Notes: generated from the letters alone by a model not told the origin. A stretch of DNA of 64,000 nucleotides from an uncultured Rivularia sp. (GCA_963665115.1 OY762007.1:8544001-8608000); one strand, 5' to 3'. Shown: positions 7,693 through 18,057, numbered from the stretch's first letter. A program made the numbers and translations.

Positions 7693-10600
7693 GTGAAAGG
7701 CTTTAATTCAAAGGTATTTGCTCTGGTTTCGTTTAGCAATATAATGCTTTCAACCCTTTTGATGTCTGTTGGGGTAGAGGCTGCTAAACCGAATTCTAAT
7801 TATATTGCTGCTGCTGACTTTTCAAATTTAGAATCAACGAAAAACCTAACCCCCCAGCCCCCTTCCCTACGAGGGAATGGGGAGAATTTAAAGCCTCTCT
7901 CCTTGCAGGAGAGAGGTTTGGAGAGAGGTTTTACAAGTACTGCGAAAACCCAGATTGTTGCTCAAGCTCCGACTCAACAGAAGTTGGAGCAGTTGGAAAG
8001 ACAGCAGGAAACTACTAATCAATATATTAATCAAACCACTTTCTTATTTAATACGCTGCTCGCTACGTTAGTTGTATTAATGATTGGGGTAATTATTTCG
8101 ATCTTTTTGTTAAGACGTGCGGTTTTTCGGGAAGTTACGAATTTGGTAACTGCACGTTTTAAGGAGTTGGGGGATTTAGAAGCGAAAATTGCTACTGCTA
8201 ATAAGCAGGTACAAAAACTGATTGAGGAAGCGGAAGATTCTGTTGATGAATTAAACCAAGAAGCGAAAGTACTTAGTCAAGATATTGGCAGCAAGCAGGA
8301 AGGTTTATCAATTTTAGTTTCCGATTTATCTGCGTCGAAGCAACAAGCTTTGTCGGAAATTGAATCGCAAATTGCTGTTTTTAAGCAAGCTTTGAATAAG
8401 TTGGATACGGAATTTACCGGAAAGCTGTCGGAGGTACAAGCGAATGCTCAACAGCAAGGTAATTCAATTATTCAAAATTTGGAAAGGTTGAGTGCAGAAT
8501 TCGCTCCCCAGATGCAGGGGTTGCAGTCGGAAGTGTTGCGGCAGAAAGATGATGTGGTGGAAACTCTCAAACATTCGCAAGTTGATTTTATCAGCGATTT
8601 AAAGGAACTTCAATTAGCGGCGGAGCAGCAGCGAGATTTGATTTTGGTTTCTTTGCAAAGTCTTTCTGCTGAATTTAAACCGAAGTTAAATGTACTGGAA
8701 GCCGATTTACAACAACATAAGGATTTAGCGGTAGAAAATATCAAGCAGTCGCAAACCGATTTTACAATTGAGTTACAGCAACTTCAATCGGCAACTCAAG
8801 CGCAGCAACAGCAAATTTTACAGAATTTACAGCAGCAAGAAGCGAATTTTGCTCCTCAATTATCGGCGATTCTTGCTCACGTACAATCTCAAAAAGATGC
8901 GATTATCGAGAATTTAAAGCTTTCCGAGAATCAGTTTGCATCTCATGTTTCTCAGTTACATAGTTCACTACAAACCCAAAAAGACGGAACTTTACAAAGG
9001 TTTGCCGGTACCGAATCCGAATTTAGCGATCAACTTTCCCAACTTCAGCAAGATGCTCAAAAACAGCGAGATGCTATTTTACAGAGTTTAGAAAAACTAG
9101 AAGACGATTTTGCACCGCAGCTTGAAGATATTGAAGCCGATGCCAGAGAAAAAGCGGGAAATTATAAGGATGAAACGCTGCAAAATCTAGAAAGATTGCG
9201 CGATGAAATTAACGCGGAGTTGCAGCAAGCTCAAAATTTGATTCAAGAGCAAGTTAATTCCACTCAAAATAATGTAGTTAATCTAGAAACTTCCGTCGTT
9301 GCCAAATTGAAGGAATCGCAATCGGGTATTCAAGAGCAGAGACAGGAAACTCTACAAAGTTTATCCCAACTTGAAACCGATTTAAGATCGCAATTTGCTG
9401 TTTTACAATCTGAGGTACAAGTGCGTAAAGATTCCGCTTACGAATTATTGCAAAATCTGGAAAAAGAAGCGAACAATAAAATATCAACTTCTACCACCGG
9501 AATTGAATCTCAGCAGAATCAAACTTTAGAAAGCTTGCAAAAATTAGAAAAAACCGCTCAAGAGCAACTTGCCGCTTTACAATCGGAAATTACCGCTCGT
9601 AAAGATTCCAGTTTGGATAAGTTGGATAAATTGGAATCGACTTTAAGCGAGCAATTAAAGTTAGTGCAGTCGGATGCAGAAGTTGAGAAGCAGCAGATAC
9701 TACAAAAGCTATCCGAAATTACACCGAGCGAAATAGCTTCTTCTGCCGTTGGCGAAATATTGCAAAAGCTAGAGAAGGTAGTTGAGCCAATTGAAAAACT
9801 CAAATTAAATCATCCCCAGCTATTTATTAACCTTGATGAATTTGTTACTCAGGGTAACGAGTTATTTGCAGCCGGGAATTATCAAGAAGCGATTGTTGCT
9901 TACGATAAAGCCTTAGAAGTGCAGCCAGAAAACGAAAAAATCTGGTATCAGAAAGGTTTAGCGCTGTGGGAAGTGAAACAATACGAAGACGCGATCGCAA
10001 CATTTGATAAAGTATTGGAAATCAACCCTTCCCACGCCGATAGCTGGTACCATCGCGGTTTAGCGTTGATGGAAATGAAACGTTATGAAGCTGCAATTTC
10101 GGCTTTTGGTAAAGTCGTCAAAAAGCAGCCAGATAACGAAAAGCTGTGGTTTGTCTTGGGAATGTGTTTGGGAAGAATCAAGCGTTACGAAGATGCAATT
10201 GCTGGTTTCGATCGAGCGTTGAAAATCAAACCGGATTATTATCAAGCTTGGGTTGATAAAGGTGTAATTTTAGGTAAATTGCAGCGTCACGAAGATGCAT
10301 TTCAAGCCTTTGATAAAGCAGTGGAAGTTGAGCCAGCTAATGCCACAGCTTGGATGAATCGCGGTATGGCTTTGGAAATGTTGGAGCGTTACGATGATGC
10401 TGTTGTTTCCTTTGATAAAGCAATTACCTTGTATCCTACCCCCAAAGCTTGGGATAAACGGGGTTACGTTTTAATTGAGTTGGAAAGAGATGAAGAAGCA
10501 TTAACTAGCTTTGATAAAGCATTGGAAATTGATGATAATTACGCAAGTGCTTTTTATAATAAAGCGATTGCTTTCAGTTATCAAAATAATGTTGATGAAG

Positions 10601-10722
10601 CGGTAGAGACTTTGCAAAAAGCGATTGAATTGAATGAAAAGTATAAAGAAGATGCTGTAAATGACCCAGATTTTGAAGCAATTGCCCAAGATGAGAGGTT
10701 TAAGGAATTGGTAAATGGGTAA
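7693..10722 (+). CDS. Membrane-anchored long coiled-coil protein with C-terminal TPR repeats
   Basis: Signal-like N-terminus, TM helix (LLATLVVLMIGVIISIFLL), Q/E/L-rich coiled coil, ~8 TPRs (EAIVAYDKALEVQP etc.). Confidence 0.85.
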   Translation: MKGFNSKVFALVSFSNIMLSTLLMSVGVEAAKPNSNYIAAADFSNLESTKNLTPQPPSLRGNGENLKPLSLQERGLERGFTSTAKTQIVAQAPTQQKLEQLERQQETTNQYINQTTFLFNTLLATLVVLMIGVIISIFLLRRAVFREVTNLVTARFKELGDLEAKIATANKQVQKLIEEAEDSVDELNQEAKVLSQDIGSKQEGLSILVSDLSASKQQALSEIESQIAVFKQALNKLDTEFTGKLSEVQANAQQQGNSIIQNLERLSAEFAPQMQGLQSEVLRQKDDVVETLKHSQVDFISDLKELQLAAEQQRDLILVSLQSLSAEFKPKLNVLEADLQQHKDLAVENIKQSQTDFTIELQQLQSATQAQQQQILQNLQQQEANFAPQLSAILAHVQSQKDAIIENLKLSENQFASHVSQLHSSLQTQKDGTLQRFAGTESEFSDQLSQLQQDAQKQRDAILQSLEKLEDDFAPQLEDIEADAREKAGNYKDETLQNLERLRDEINAELQQAQNLIQEQVNSTQNNVVNLETSVVAKLKESQSGIQEQRQETLQSLSQLETDLRSQFAVLQSEVQVRKDSAYELLQNLEKEANNKISTSTTGIESQQNQTLESLQKLEKTAQEQLAALQSEITARKDSSLDKLDKLESTLSEQLKLVQSDAEVEKQQILQKLSEITPSEIASSAVGEILQKLEKVVEPIEKLKLNHPQLFINLDEFVTQGNELFAAGNYQEAIVAYDKALEVQPENEKIWYQKGLALWEVKQYEDAIATFDKVLEINPSHADSWYHRGLALMEMKRYEAAISAFGKVVKKQPDNEKLWFVLGMCLGRIKRYEDAIAGFDRALKIKPDYYQAWVDKGVILGKLQRHEDAFQAFDKAVEVEPANATAWMNRGMALEMLERYDDAVVSFDKAITLYPTPKAWDKRGYVLIELERDEEALTSFDKALEIDDNYASAFYNKAIAFSYQNNVDEAVETLQKAIELNEKYKEDAVNDPDFEAIAQDERFKELVNG
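7841..7932. repeat. Cyanobacterial palindromic repeat inserted in frame in the TPR gene
   Basis: AAAACCTAACCCCCCAGCCCCCTTCCCTACGAGGGAATGGGG...CCTCTCTCCTTGCAGGAGAGAGG; homologous to intergenic copies at 47305 and 58680. Confidence 0.8.
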
Positions 10723-10738
10723 TTGGTAATTGGTAATT

Positions 10739-10991
10739 GTAGGGTGTGCCACGGCTTAAATAACTTTGGTGAGAAAGAGTTAATTTGTTGATGCCATAAC
10801 GCACCATTCGACAATTTAGAGAGTAGGTTGGGTTAGGTGCTTCGATCAATATGATTTTCAATCAAGGAATTGGAAATTGCACCGTAACCCAACATTATCT
10901 GTGGTTGTTTCAAATTATTGATGTTGGGTTACGACAGGATTCAAGGTTATCGTTTTCAATCTAATTCCTAAACGTGTCTAAACCAATCTAC
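10739..10991. repeat. Cluster of GTAG-type REP-like hairpins (REPIN/BIME-like)
   Basis: GTAGGGTGTGCCACGG...GCACC (10739-10805); GTAGGTTGGGTTAGGTGC...GCACCGTAACCCAAC (10823-10893); GTTGGGTTACGACA...CTAC (10923-10991). Confidence 0.7.
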
Positions 10992-11004
10992 AAACTACAA
11001 ACTA

Positions 11005-11484
11005 ATGAGATTTAATCATAAAATCAAAATAAACCTTCAAGAATTTATAACTTTAGGTAAATTTGATTGTATCGAAATAGGACAAACTAAAGAATGGATT
11101 TTACATAATTTTCCCGATCCAGATGATATTATGGCAGGAAAGTCTGTTGATAATTCTGCTATCTGGCGTTATGGGAATATTGAATTTCATTTCATAGAAG
11201 ACAAACTGGGAATGATTTTCTGCGATTATATTCGAGATATGGATGGAGGTGATTCTTTAGATTTAGATGCATCTTTCTTTCATAATCTTAATAGTCTAAC
11301 CTTTTCTTCTATTTCAAATAAATTAACATCCCTACAAGTAAATTACTCTATTGAACATAAACTATTGTTCAATCAAGTAATTCTTAAAGTTAGCGAAAAA
11401 AATTTTAATATGACCTTTGAAAAAATTAATCATGAGATTAATGACCCTAATAATTTTCTAATATTTGCATTATGGAAAAAGTAG
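11005..11484 (+). CDS. Hypothetical protein (very AT-rich; possibly immunity-like)
   Basis: 159-aa ORF; FPDPDD...IWRYGNIEFHF motif, no function assigned. Confidence 0.6.
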   Translation: MRFNHKIKINLQEFITLGKFDCIEIGQTKEWILHNFPDPDDIMAGKSVDNSAIWRYGNIEFHFIEDKLGMIFCDYIRDMDGGDSLDLDASFFHNLNSLTFSSISNKLTSLQVNYSIEHKLLFNQVILKVSEKNFNMTFEKINHEINDPNNFLIFALWKK

Positions 11485-11581
11485 ATTAGAGTATAAAAAT
11501 TTTAAAATTATTCTCCCTTATTGTCAAACTCTAGATAACTCATTATTCTTGAAACAGAAACCATAAATTAGTATAAATACA

Positions 11582-11794
11582 ATGACAACCAATACCTCTT
11601 TAGAGAGAAGACTTGCAGCAGTAGAAGCGGCGATCGCCAAATTGCAGAAGCAAGTCGGTACTCCTGAATCAAACAATTGGCTGCAACAAACTACAGGTTC
11701 TTTTAAAGATGAACCCGCTTTTGAGGAAGTGCTTGCTTATGGTAAAGCAATTCGTCAAGGTGATGAATCTATGCTTGAAGAAGATGAATTATGA
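11582..11794 (+). CDS. Small antitoxin-like protein (VapB-type partner)
   Basis: LERRLAAVE...WLQQTTGSFKDEPAFEEVLAYG; stop overlaps ATG of an MKYL stub. Confidence 0.6.
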   Translation: MTTNTSLERRLAAVEAAIAKLQKQVGTPESNNWLQQTTGSFKDEPAFEEVLAYGKAIRQGDESMLEEDEL

Positions 11795-11809
11795 AATATC
11801 TGTGTTGAT

Positions 11810-11878
11810 GTTGGGTTACGACACGATTTAAAGTAATTGTTTTTAATCAAATTCCTAAACGTGTCTAACCCAACCTAC
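11810..11878. repeat. REP-like element, direct repeat of 10923-10991
   Basis: GTTGGGTTACGACACG...AATTCCTAAACGTGTCTAACCCAACCTAC. Confidence 0.8.
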
Positions 11879-11896
11879 AAATATTATCTTATTCTG

Positions 11897-13447
11897 TCAA
11901 CCCCGAATCACAGTAATATCTCGTTGATTCTCAGTCTTCACAATTTCCGTTGACAAACGTTCTTCAATTGGTAAAGCATTTTTGCGTCTATCAAATATAA
12001 ATAACCAACCTTCATTCAATCCCAAACGAGCTAAATAGGATTCTAATTGCTCGATTCCATCATTTTGGGGGTCGCGTTTTTTCTCACGCCATACTTTTAA
12101 TTCTATTCCCAAGGTAACGCTTTTATAACGTAAACATAAATCCATTCTGTCACTACCAATTGCATATTCGCGCTCTAATGTTCCACCACCGTTGACAACC
12201 CGATGTAAGAAAGCCATTAATACAATGTGAGGTGCAATTTCATGATAGCTAGTGCTTCTCAATAACGGTTCTCCATGCTGTCGCCAAAATTTGATAAATG
12301 CTTCCAATAAAGCATCTTTATTTAATTTCCCTTCAGAAGTTAACCAGCTAGGACTAATAAGAGGTAAACTATCTTGGGTTCCTTGTACTAAAACATAGGG
12401 AATTACTTCGCGGTAAATCGGGTTAGCAATTACTAGTCCCCCCATAGGGTCGCGTCGCAACAATCCCAAATCGATTAAATATTGTCGGTCATCATTGGAA
12501 GTATCACCTAATGCTTGTCCCGATAATATTGGTTCAATAATGTTTTTAACTCGTTGTTCTCTGAGTTTTTCTGCAAGGGAATCGAGATGAGTATCTTGAC
12601 GAGCAATTAATATTTCTTTTGCTTCTAAAATATGTTCTTGGGTAATAGGAATATTTCTATCCTTAACCATTTTTTCTACAACTTCTTTAGCTAATGCATT
12701 GACTAACCAAGGTTGTCCTTGTGTTAAATCAAATGCTGTTGCTGTTGCTTCTGGTGTAAAAATTTGTCCCGTTTCTTCTGTATGTTGTTGATATAATTCT
12801 TCTACTTCTGCTGCATTAAAATTTCTCAGAGTAATAGAACTAACTTTAATATTAAAAGGACTGGCTGTATTTAATCTGTCACTCCCACCTGAAGCAACTT
12901 TGTAATCCCTTACGTCTCTTAAACCAATTAATCCCACAGATGAAGGAAAACTTTCTGGACGATTGGGAAAACCATCCCGTAATTGTCGTAACACCGAAAT
13001 CAAAGTGTCATTTTGTAAAGAATCGATTTCATCAATAAATAATACCAAAGGTCGTGACAAAGCCTGCGCCCAAACCTGTAAACTAGCTTGGATTCTTTGC
13101 CCTGGTTCATCATAAACCCAAGTAGAAGGTTGTAAATCTTTGGGTAAGCGAATATCAATTGTATTTCGCCAAGAACCTAATATAGCTAATTCTGCTGCAC
13201 TGGGGTCATTATTAAAAGCACTTCCGACTTCTACCGATACCATCACAGATGCATAACGTCCGTTTTCGGTTAATTGCTTCGCTAGTGCTAGCATTGCGGT
13301 TGTTTTACCCGTTTGTCGAGGAGCATGAACGACAAAATAACTTTCTTGGTGGATGGTGGTTTCTAAGTCGGGTAAGCGACTAGTAGCTGGGAGCATATAG
13401 TGCTTGTTTGGTTTACATGGACCAGCAGTATTGAACCAGCGAGACAT
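11897..13447 (-). CDS. AAA+ ATPase with C-terminal PD-(D/E)XK nuclease-like domain
   Basis: FNTAGPC, Walker A APRQTGKT, Walker B LFIDEID; C-term REY...RMDL...IELK. Confidence 0.85.
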   Translation of the reverse strand: MSRWFNTAGPCKPNKHYMLPATSRLPDLETTIHQESYFVVHAPRQTGKTTAMLALAKQLTENGRYASVMVSVEVGSAFNNDPSAAELAILGSWRNTIDIRLPKDLQPSTWVYDEPGQRIQASLQVWAQALSRPLVLFIDEIDSLQNDTLISVLRQLRDGFPNRPESFPSSVGLIGLRDVRDYKVASGGSDRLNTASPFNIKVSSITLRNFNAAEVEELYQQHTEETGQIFTPEATATAFDLTQGQPWLVNALAKEVVEKMVKDRNIPITQEHILEAKEILIARQDTHLDSLAEKLREQRVKNIIEPILSGQALGDTSNDDRQYLIDLGLLRRDPMGGLVIANPIYREVIPYVLVQGTQDSLPLISPSWLTSEGKLNKDALLEAFIKFWRQHGEPLLRSTSYHEIAPHIVLMAFLHRVVNGGGTLEREYAIGSDRMDLCLRYKSVTLGIELKVWREKKRDPQNDGIEQLESYLARLGLNEGWLFIFDRRKNALPIEERLSTEIVKTENQRDITVIRG

Positions 13448-13553
13448 TTAGTTTTTATCAATTAGCGGACACTTTGAGTTTAGACGATTTTGGGGAAAGG
13501 GATTTTTCAATTTGACGAATAATACTGATAAGTGGTTAGCAAGAGTTATTTCA

Positions 13554-13700
13554 ATGAATAAATATCTTAAAATGGTATGGCTTTTTGCTGTATTAATCGG
13601 ATTAATTGGCTTCGCGACGATTTATCAAGCAATCGTCACAAAATACGAACTCCGCAAATTTCCACCATAGGGGAAACTGATTGATGTCGATGGAAAATTA
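13554..13700 (+). pseudogene. 5' remnant of alpha/beta hydrolase
   Basis: MNKYLKMVWLFAVLIGLIGFATIYQAIVTKYELRKFPP*GKLIDVDG; internal TAG, then homology ends. Confidence 0.55.
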
Positions 13701-13799
13701 AAAAAGTACGTTAAAAATTATCCGCAAGCCCAATTCCACCAAATACGCAGTTCTTAAAGTAACATAGTAATACTTATATTCTTTTTTAAAATAAAAACG

Positions 13800-14222
13800 A
13801 TGGATTTGACTCAATTGATGTTGATACTGGCAACGGTAGTGGGTGTGGTAAATGGGGAAACGATTCAGGCTAAAAATGCTCAAGGGCAAAAAGCTACTAT
13901 AAAACTTGCTTGCATTCACATACCGACTCGAAAATCCCGCAGAGATCAAGCTAATCAAAGATTGAAGCAGCTTTTACCCAAAGGTAATCCGGTAGTGATT
14001 CGATTTGCAGATACCTATGGAAATGACCAAATTGTTGGAGAAGTCTTTTCAAATAATCAATCGATAAATCTGCAAATGGTGAAAGAAGGTAAAGCTGTTG
14101 TCGATAAATTATCTGTAGAGCAAAATTGTTATGAAAGCAGAATCCAATTTATGGTAGCAGAAGCGAATGCTAAACAACGAGGTTTGGGTTTGTGGGAAAA
14201 ATCCAGATATGTGATGAATTAG
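13800..14222 (+). CDS. Thermonuclease (SNase) family protein, catalytic residues degenerate
   Basis: VVNGETI, IKLACI, INLQMVKEGKA, AKQRGLGLW. Confidence 0.8.
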   Translation: MDLTQLMLILATVVGVVNGETIQAKNAQGQKATIKLACIHIPTRKSRRDQANQRLKQLLPKGNPVVIRFADTYGNDQIVGEVFSNNQSINLQMVKEGKAVVDKLSVEQNCYESRIQFMVAEANAKQRGLGLWEKSRYVMN

Positions 14223-14272
14223 CGAGCAGTTAGCAGTAGTGTTCGCATCTTGCTGCCTAATTACTTACATAA

Positions 14273-14375
14273 TAAGCTGATGTGCAGCTAAATTGTATAA
14301 AACAAAATTTGGTAATTATTGTAGTGCGGGCATCTTGCCCGCTAGTACTATACAAATTAAGTGCGTAACAACTTA
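14273..14375. mobile_element. Degenerate MITE-like element carrying a GTAG REP hairpin
   Basis: Imperfect TIRs TAAGCTG...AAATTGTATA / TATACAAATT...CAACTTA; internal GTAGTGCGGGCATCTTGCCCGC. Confidence 0.5.
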
Positions 14376-14388
14376 GCAAATAAAATAT

Positions 14389-14459
14389 AACCTCACCCTC
14401 GCTTTACCTGTGGTAAATCTTTCCCTCTCCTTGACAAGGAGAGGGTAGGGTGAGGTTTT
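14389..14459. repeat. Palindromic repeat (CCCTCTCCTTGACAAGGAGAGGG family)
   Basis: AACCTCACCCT...AGGGTGAGGTT; core also at 52325-52365. Confidence 0.7.
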
Positions 14460-14634
14460 AAAATACCTACATTCATATTTTCGGGAATTACTGACAAGTA
14501 AACTGTATATTTATTCCATACATACTAAATATATGTTCATTTCTTCGTAGAAAACTACAATAGGGAACATATTTTTTATACTTTACATTCTTAACTATTA
14601 ATCTCAAAATTACTTTAGTAACAGAGATTGTACT

Positions 14635-16638
14635 ATGGGAGAACATAAATCAGCTACAGATGAACGTTTTTTAGTTTGTGGTTTGGGAGGATTGGGGCAG
14701 CACTGTGTGGCTGCGCTGAAACAATTTGGTGTAGAGGTTGTCGGAATTGAGTTGGTACAGCCAAAGAGTTGGAGAATTCCGGGTGTAGAAAATTTACTCG
14801 ATGACTTAATTATTGGTGACTGTCGGCAAAATAGCGTTTTTGAACGTGCAAAAATCGAACATTGTCGAGCCGTATTGATTGTCACGAGCGACGAACTTAT
14901 TAATGCCGAAACTGCGATCGCTGTAAGACAACTCAACAAAAATGCTCGTTTGGTGGTACGCTCGACGAAGGAAAATCTAAATCAACTTTTAGAGGAACAG
15001 TTAACTAATTTTGTGGCTTTCGATCCCATTCATTTGTCTGCTGCATCTTTTGCTTTGGCAGCTTTGGGGGGAGATTCGTTAGGCTTTTTTAATTTAGACG
15101 GTAATTGGTTGGGAATATTTCAGCATACAGTTCATTATGGGGATAATTTTCACCGTCGCAAGTTATTTGAGATAAATTCTGGTTCTCGAATACTGCTTTG
15201 TTATTTATCAAATAATTATAATAGCTTCGATTGTTTCTATGATTGGGATTCTGAATCAATAATTCAAGAAGGTTCAACTTTTATATATGTAGAACAATTC
15301 GATCGATTGATATCAAAACAACAAAAAAACCAGGCTAATAACGCTCGCAAGAAGAAGCGAATATGGCAAAAACCAACCGATTTTATCGGTAAAATTAGAA
15401 TTAGAAAAAAAATATTAGAATATTGGCATTCAGCTTCGCAAGTTCGTCGGGTGGTAATTGTTTCTGGTTTAGTTACAGTTAGTTTAGCAATCTTGGGAAC
15501 GGTACTTTTTGAGTTTTTGCTGAATTATAATACTGATACACTCAATCCTTTTTATATAGCAATTAGTTTATTGCTAGGAGGATATGCAGATTTTCTATAT
15601 ACCGAAAAACCAGAGAATCTAATTGTGCAAATTGTAGCTTTAGCGTTAGCGGTAGCTGGAACTGCTTTTGTAGGTGTATTATACGCCTTAGCTACTGAAA
15701 AACTTTTATCTACAAAATTTCTATTTTCCAACCGGCGCTCTCAAGTACCCGAAGAAGAACATATAGTAATTATTGGGATTAAAAGAGTTGGAAGCAAGGT
15801 AGCAAAATTATTACAACAATTCAATCAACCTGTAGTAGCGATTGTTTTAGAAGACGACTTTGATAACAATCATTTACCGAATATACCTTTATTTGCTGGG
15901 GATTTAAACGAGTCTTTAAATAAAGTCAATATTTCCACCGCCAAGAGTATAATTGCTACGAGCGAAGACGAAATGTTAAATGTAGAAATGGGGTTAAAAG
16001 TTCGTAAAATTAACCCCGAAAGTAGCTTAATAATTCGTACTTTCGGGCAACGCTTAAGCGAAAATTTAGCTCAAATTCTACCCAAAGCTCAGATTATCTC
16101 AGCTTATGCAGTAGCAGCAGAAGCATTTGCAGGAGCCGCATTTGGTGAAAACATTCTTGATTTATTCCGCCTCGACAATCAAACAATTTTAGTAACCGAA
16201 TATCAATTTAGCGAAACCGATACTTTAAACGGTTTAATGCTTTCCGAAATTGCTTATGGTTACGGAGTCGTACCAATTTTATATCAAAATCCACCACATC
16301 CGGTGGAATTAATGCCGAGAGATTACAAAAAAATAGAACCAGGTATCCGCTTAGTTGTACTCGCAACCATCGACGGATTGAAAAGAATGGAACAAGGAAA
16401 AATTGGTATTAATCCCAAGCACTGGCAAATAGTAATTGAAAGCGCAACAACAGAAGAAGCTAGATTTGATGGTGCAAATCAAATAGCCAAGATTTCTCAC
16501 TTTCCTTTAGACAAGGCTAGAGAATTAATCGATAATTTACCTCAGACTTTACCAGTACCTCTATATAAACTTCAAGCACAACATTTAATCAGAGTTTTGC
16601 AAAAGCATCAGGTGATGGCTAGTTTGAAAAAAATTTAG
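14635..16638 (-). other. No feature on minus strand; see plus-strand potassium channel entry at same coordinates
   Basis: Minus-strand ORFs 14610-14939 and 15089-15277 are shadows of the plus-strand gene. Confidence 0.1.
14635..16638 (+). CDS. TrkA-N/RCK domain potassium-channel-like protein
   Basis: Two Rossmann-like RCK domains (VCGLGGLGQ; IIGIKRVG) flanking TM segments with LLLGGYAD pore-like motif. Confidence 0.8.
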   Translation: MGEHKSATDERFLVCGLGGLGQHCVAALKQFGVEVVGIELVQPKSWRIPGVENLLDDLIIGDCRQNSVFERAKIEHCRAVLIVTSDELINAETAIAVRQLNKNARLVVRSTKENLNQLLEEQLTNFVAFDPIHLSAASFALAALGGDSLGFFNLDGNWLGIFQHTVHYGDNFHRRKLFEINSGSRILLCYLSNNYNSFDCFYDWDSESIIQEGSTFIYVEQFDRLISKQQKNQANNARKKKRIWQKPTDFIGKIRIRKKILEYWHSASQVRRVVIVSGLVTVSLAILGTVLFEFLLNYNTDTLNPFYIAISLLLGGYADFLYTEKPENLIVQIVALALAVAGTAFVGVLYALATEKLLSTKFLFSNRRSQVPEEEHIVIIGIKRVGSKVAKLLQQFNQPVVAIVLEDDFDNNHLPNIPLFAGDLNESLNKVNISTAKSIIATSEDEMLNVEMGLKVRKINPESSLIIRTFGQRLSENLAQILPKAQIISAYAVAAEAFAGAAFGENILDLFRLDNQTILVTEYQFSETDTLNGLMLSEIAYGYGVVPILYQNPPHPVELMPRDYKKIEPGIRLVVLATIDGLKRMEQGKIGINPKHWQIVIESATTEEARFDGANQIAKISHFPLDKARELIDNLPQTLPVPLYKLQAQHLIRVLQKHQVMASLKKI

Positions 16639-16854
16639 AAAGTTTGAGGTAATTGGTGATGGGTAATGGGTAATTGGTAATAAAAAAAATATTTATACCT
16701 CAGTATCTAGTAAGTAATTAACTGAAGATGATACAAGTATTAATGAGTTAGTAATTATACTGTTGAGATTTAATACAAAGTGTTAGATTTAACTTGATTA
16801 TTTCTATTGTGCTGGGTTTAATAACCTTGTTGATATTAAAACTACTATCAGTTA

Positions 16855-17412
16855 ATGAAACTTACACGTTTAATGTGTATGGCATTAATGGGAATAACTA
16901 TAGTAAATGCTAAACCGGCTATAGCTGCTCCCAAACGGCAGAATAAACATTCTATTCACAATTTTACTTATTGGTGCCAGAAGAAAGATAGTTTACCCGA
17001 ACAAACTCAGTATACTGTTAAAGTTTTACTACAAAAAGCTGGTACTCAAAATTGCGATCGCGCAGAGAAAAAACTGAAAAAATTGCGGGTACTCGATCTT
17101 TCTTCCCATGACATCAGCGACTTGTCACCCCTTGCTCAATTAACTAATTTGAGGGAACTTTATCTTTCTTATAATCAAATTCGTGATTTATCTCCCCTTG
17201 CTCAATTAACAAACTTAAACTTTCTTTTCCTTGAATCAAATCAGATAGGTGATTTATCCCCGCTTTCCCAATTAACCAATTTAAATTGGCTTTTTGTTGG
17301 CGAAAATCCGATTGAGAACAAAACTTGTCCCGTCAAACCAGCATCTATATGTGAATTTGACGCAAATACCGACGAGGAAATTTTATTTGAAGATATGGAG
17401 GTAATAGTCTAA
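16855..17412 (+). CDS. Secreted leucine-rich repeat (internalin-like) protein
   Basis: Signal peptide, FTYWC cap, ISDLSPLAQLTNL repeats. Confidence 0.85.
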   Translation: MKLTRLMCMALMGITIVNAKPAIAAPKRQNKHSIHNFTYWCQKKDSLPEQTQYTVKVLLQKAGTQNCDRAEKKLKKLRVLDLSSHDISDLSPLAQLTNLRELYLSYNQIRDLSPLAQLTNLNFLFLESNQIGDLSPLSQLTNLNWLFVGENPIENKTCPVKPASICEFDANTDEEILFEDMEVIV

Positions 17413-17451
17413 CCTCCATGAAGATAAGTTAAAACGTATTTAAATTTGATG

Positions 17452-17484
17452 TTCAGCTTAGCCCACGCAGGTGGGCTAAGCTGA
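17452..17484. terminator. Perfect inverted repeat, possible terminator/REP
   Basis: TTCAGCTTAGCCCAC-GCAG-GTGGGCTAAGCTGAA. Confidence 0.5.
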
Positions 17485-17534
17485 ATCTTCGTACAGAAAT
17501 GACGTTTTTTGAAGCCTTTTCACCATTAAATATG

Positions 17535-17935
17535 AAAGTTCCATCGTCATCTATTAACCATAGATTTAATAATTGAGTTTTGGAACCAGTGATTACCTGC
17601 TTCACGACGCAAACCATAAATACCATCACCAGTTTTGCAAGCTGATAAAACGACTAATTCTGTACCTCGTAAATTCAATCCTGCATATTCCTGTTTTGTT
17701 TATTTTGACGATTATTGAAACCTGCTAATGCTAAACCAGAACCTAATAAAAGATTTTCTAACTGCTTATTAAAATCATTTATTGTCATACTTACTTTTTT
17801 TGATTTTGTAGAAAGAATTCGTGCCCGCTAAATGTATAAAACTAGGTGTTTCTAATTGTTTGATAGTGGTTTATGTCGCTTTTTCACCTGTAACAATATT
17901 AATGTTATGAAAGATTGATTTGATTTGTTTACCTT
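17535..17935 (-). pseudogene. Degraded CHAT (caspase-like) domain remnant
   Basis: Across frames: TGEKAT*TTIKQLETPSFIHLA, SGLALAGFNNRQ, AGLNLRGTELVVLSACKTG, GIYGLRR, NLWLIDDDGT. Confidence 0.7.
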
Positions 17936-18057
17936 ATTAAAAAGTTGCTGCGAGCGAGCGAAATTTCAAATTAGTAATGTTATTAGGTAACATCCTCAAG
18001 AATTGCGACCAAGTACGATCAACTTAACTAGATACTAGCAATAATAAAATAACTCTT

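Noticed and set aside
17960..18057. NtcA box upstream of glnN
   Set aside because: No GTA-N8-TAC match found by eye
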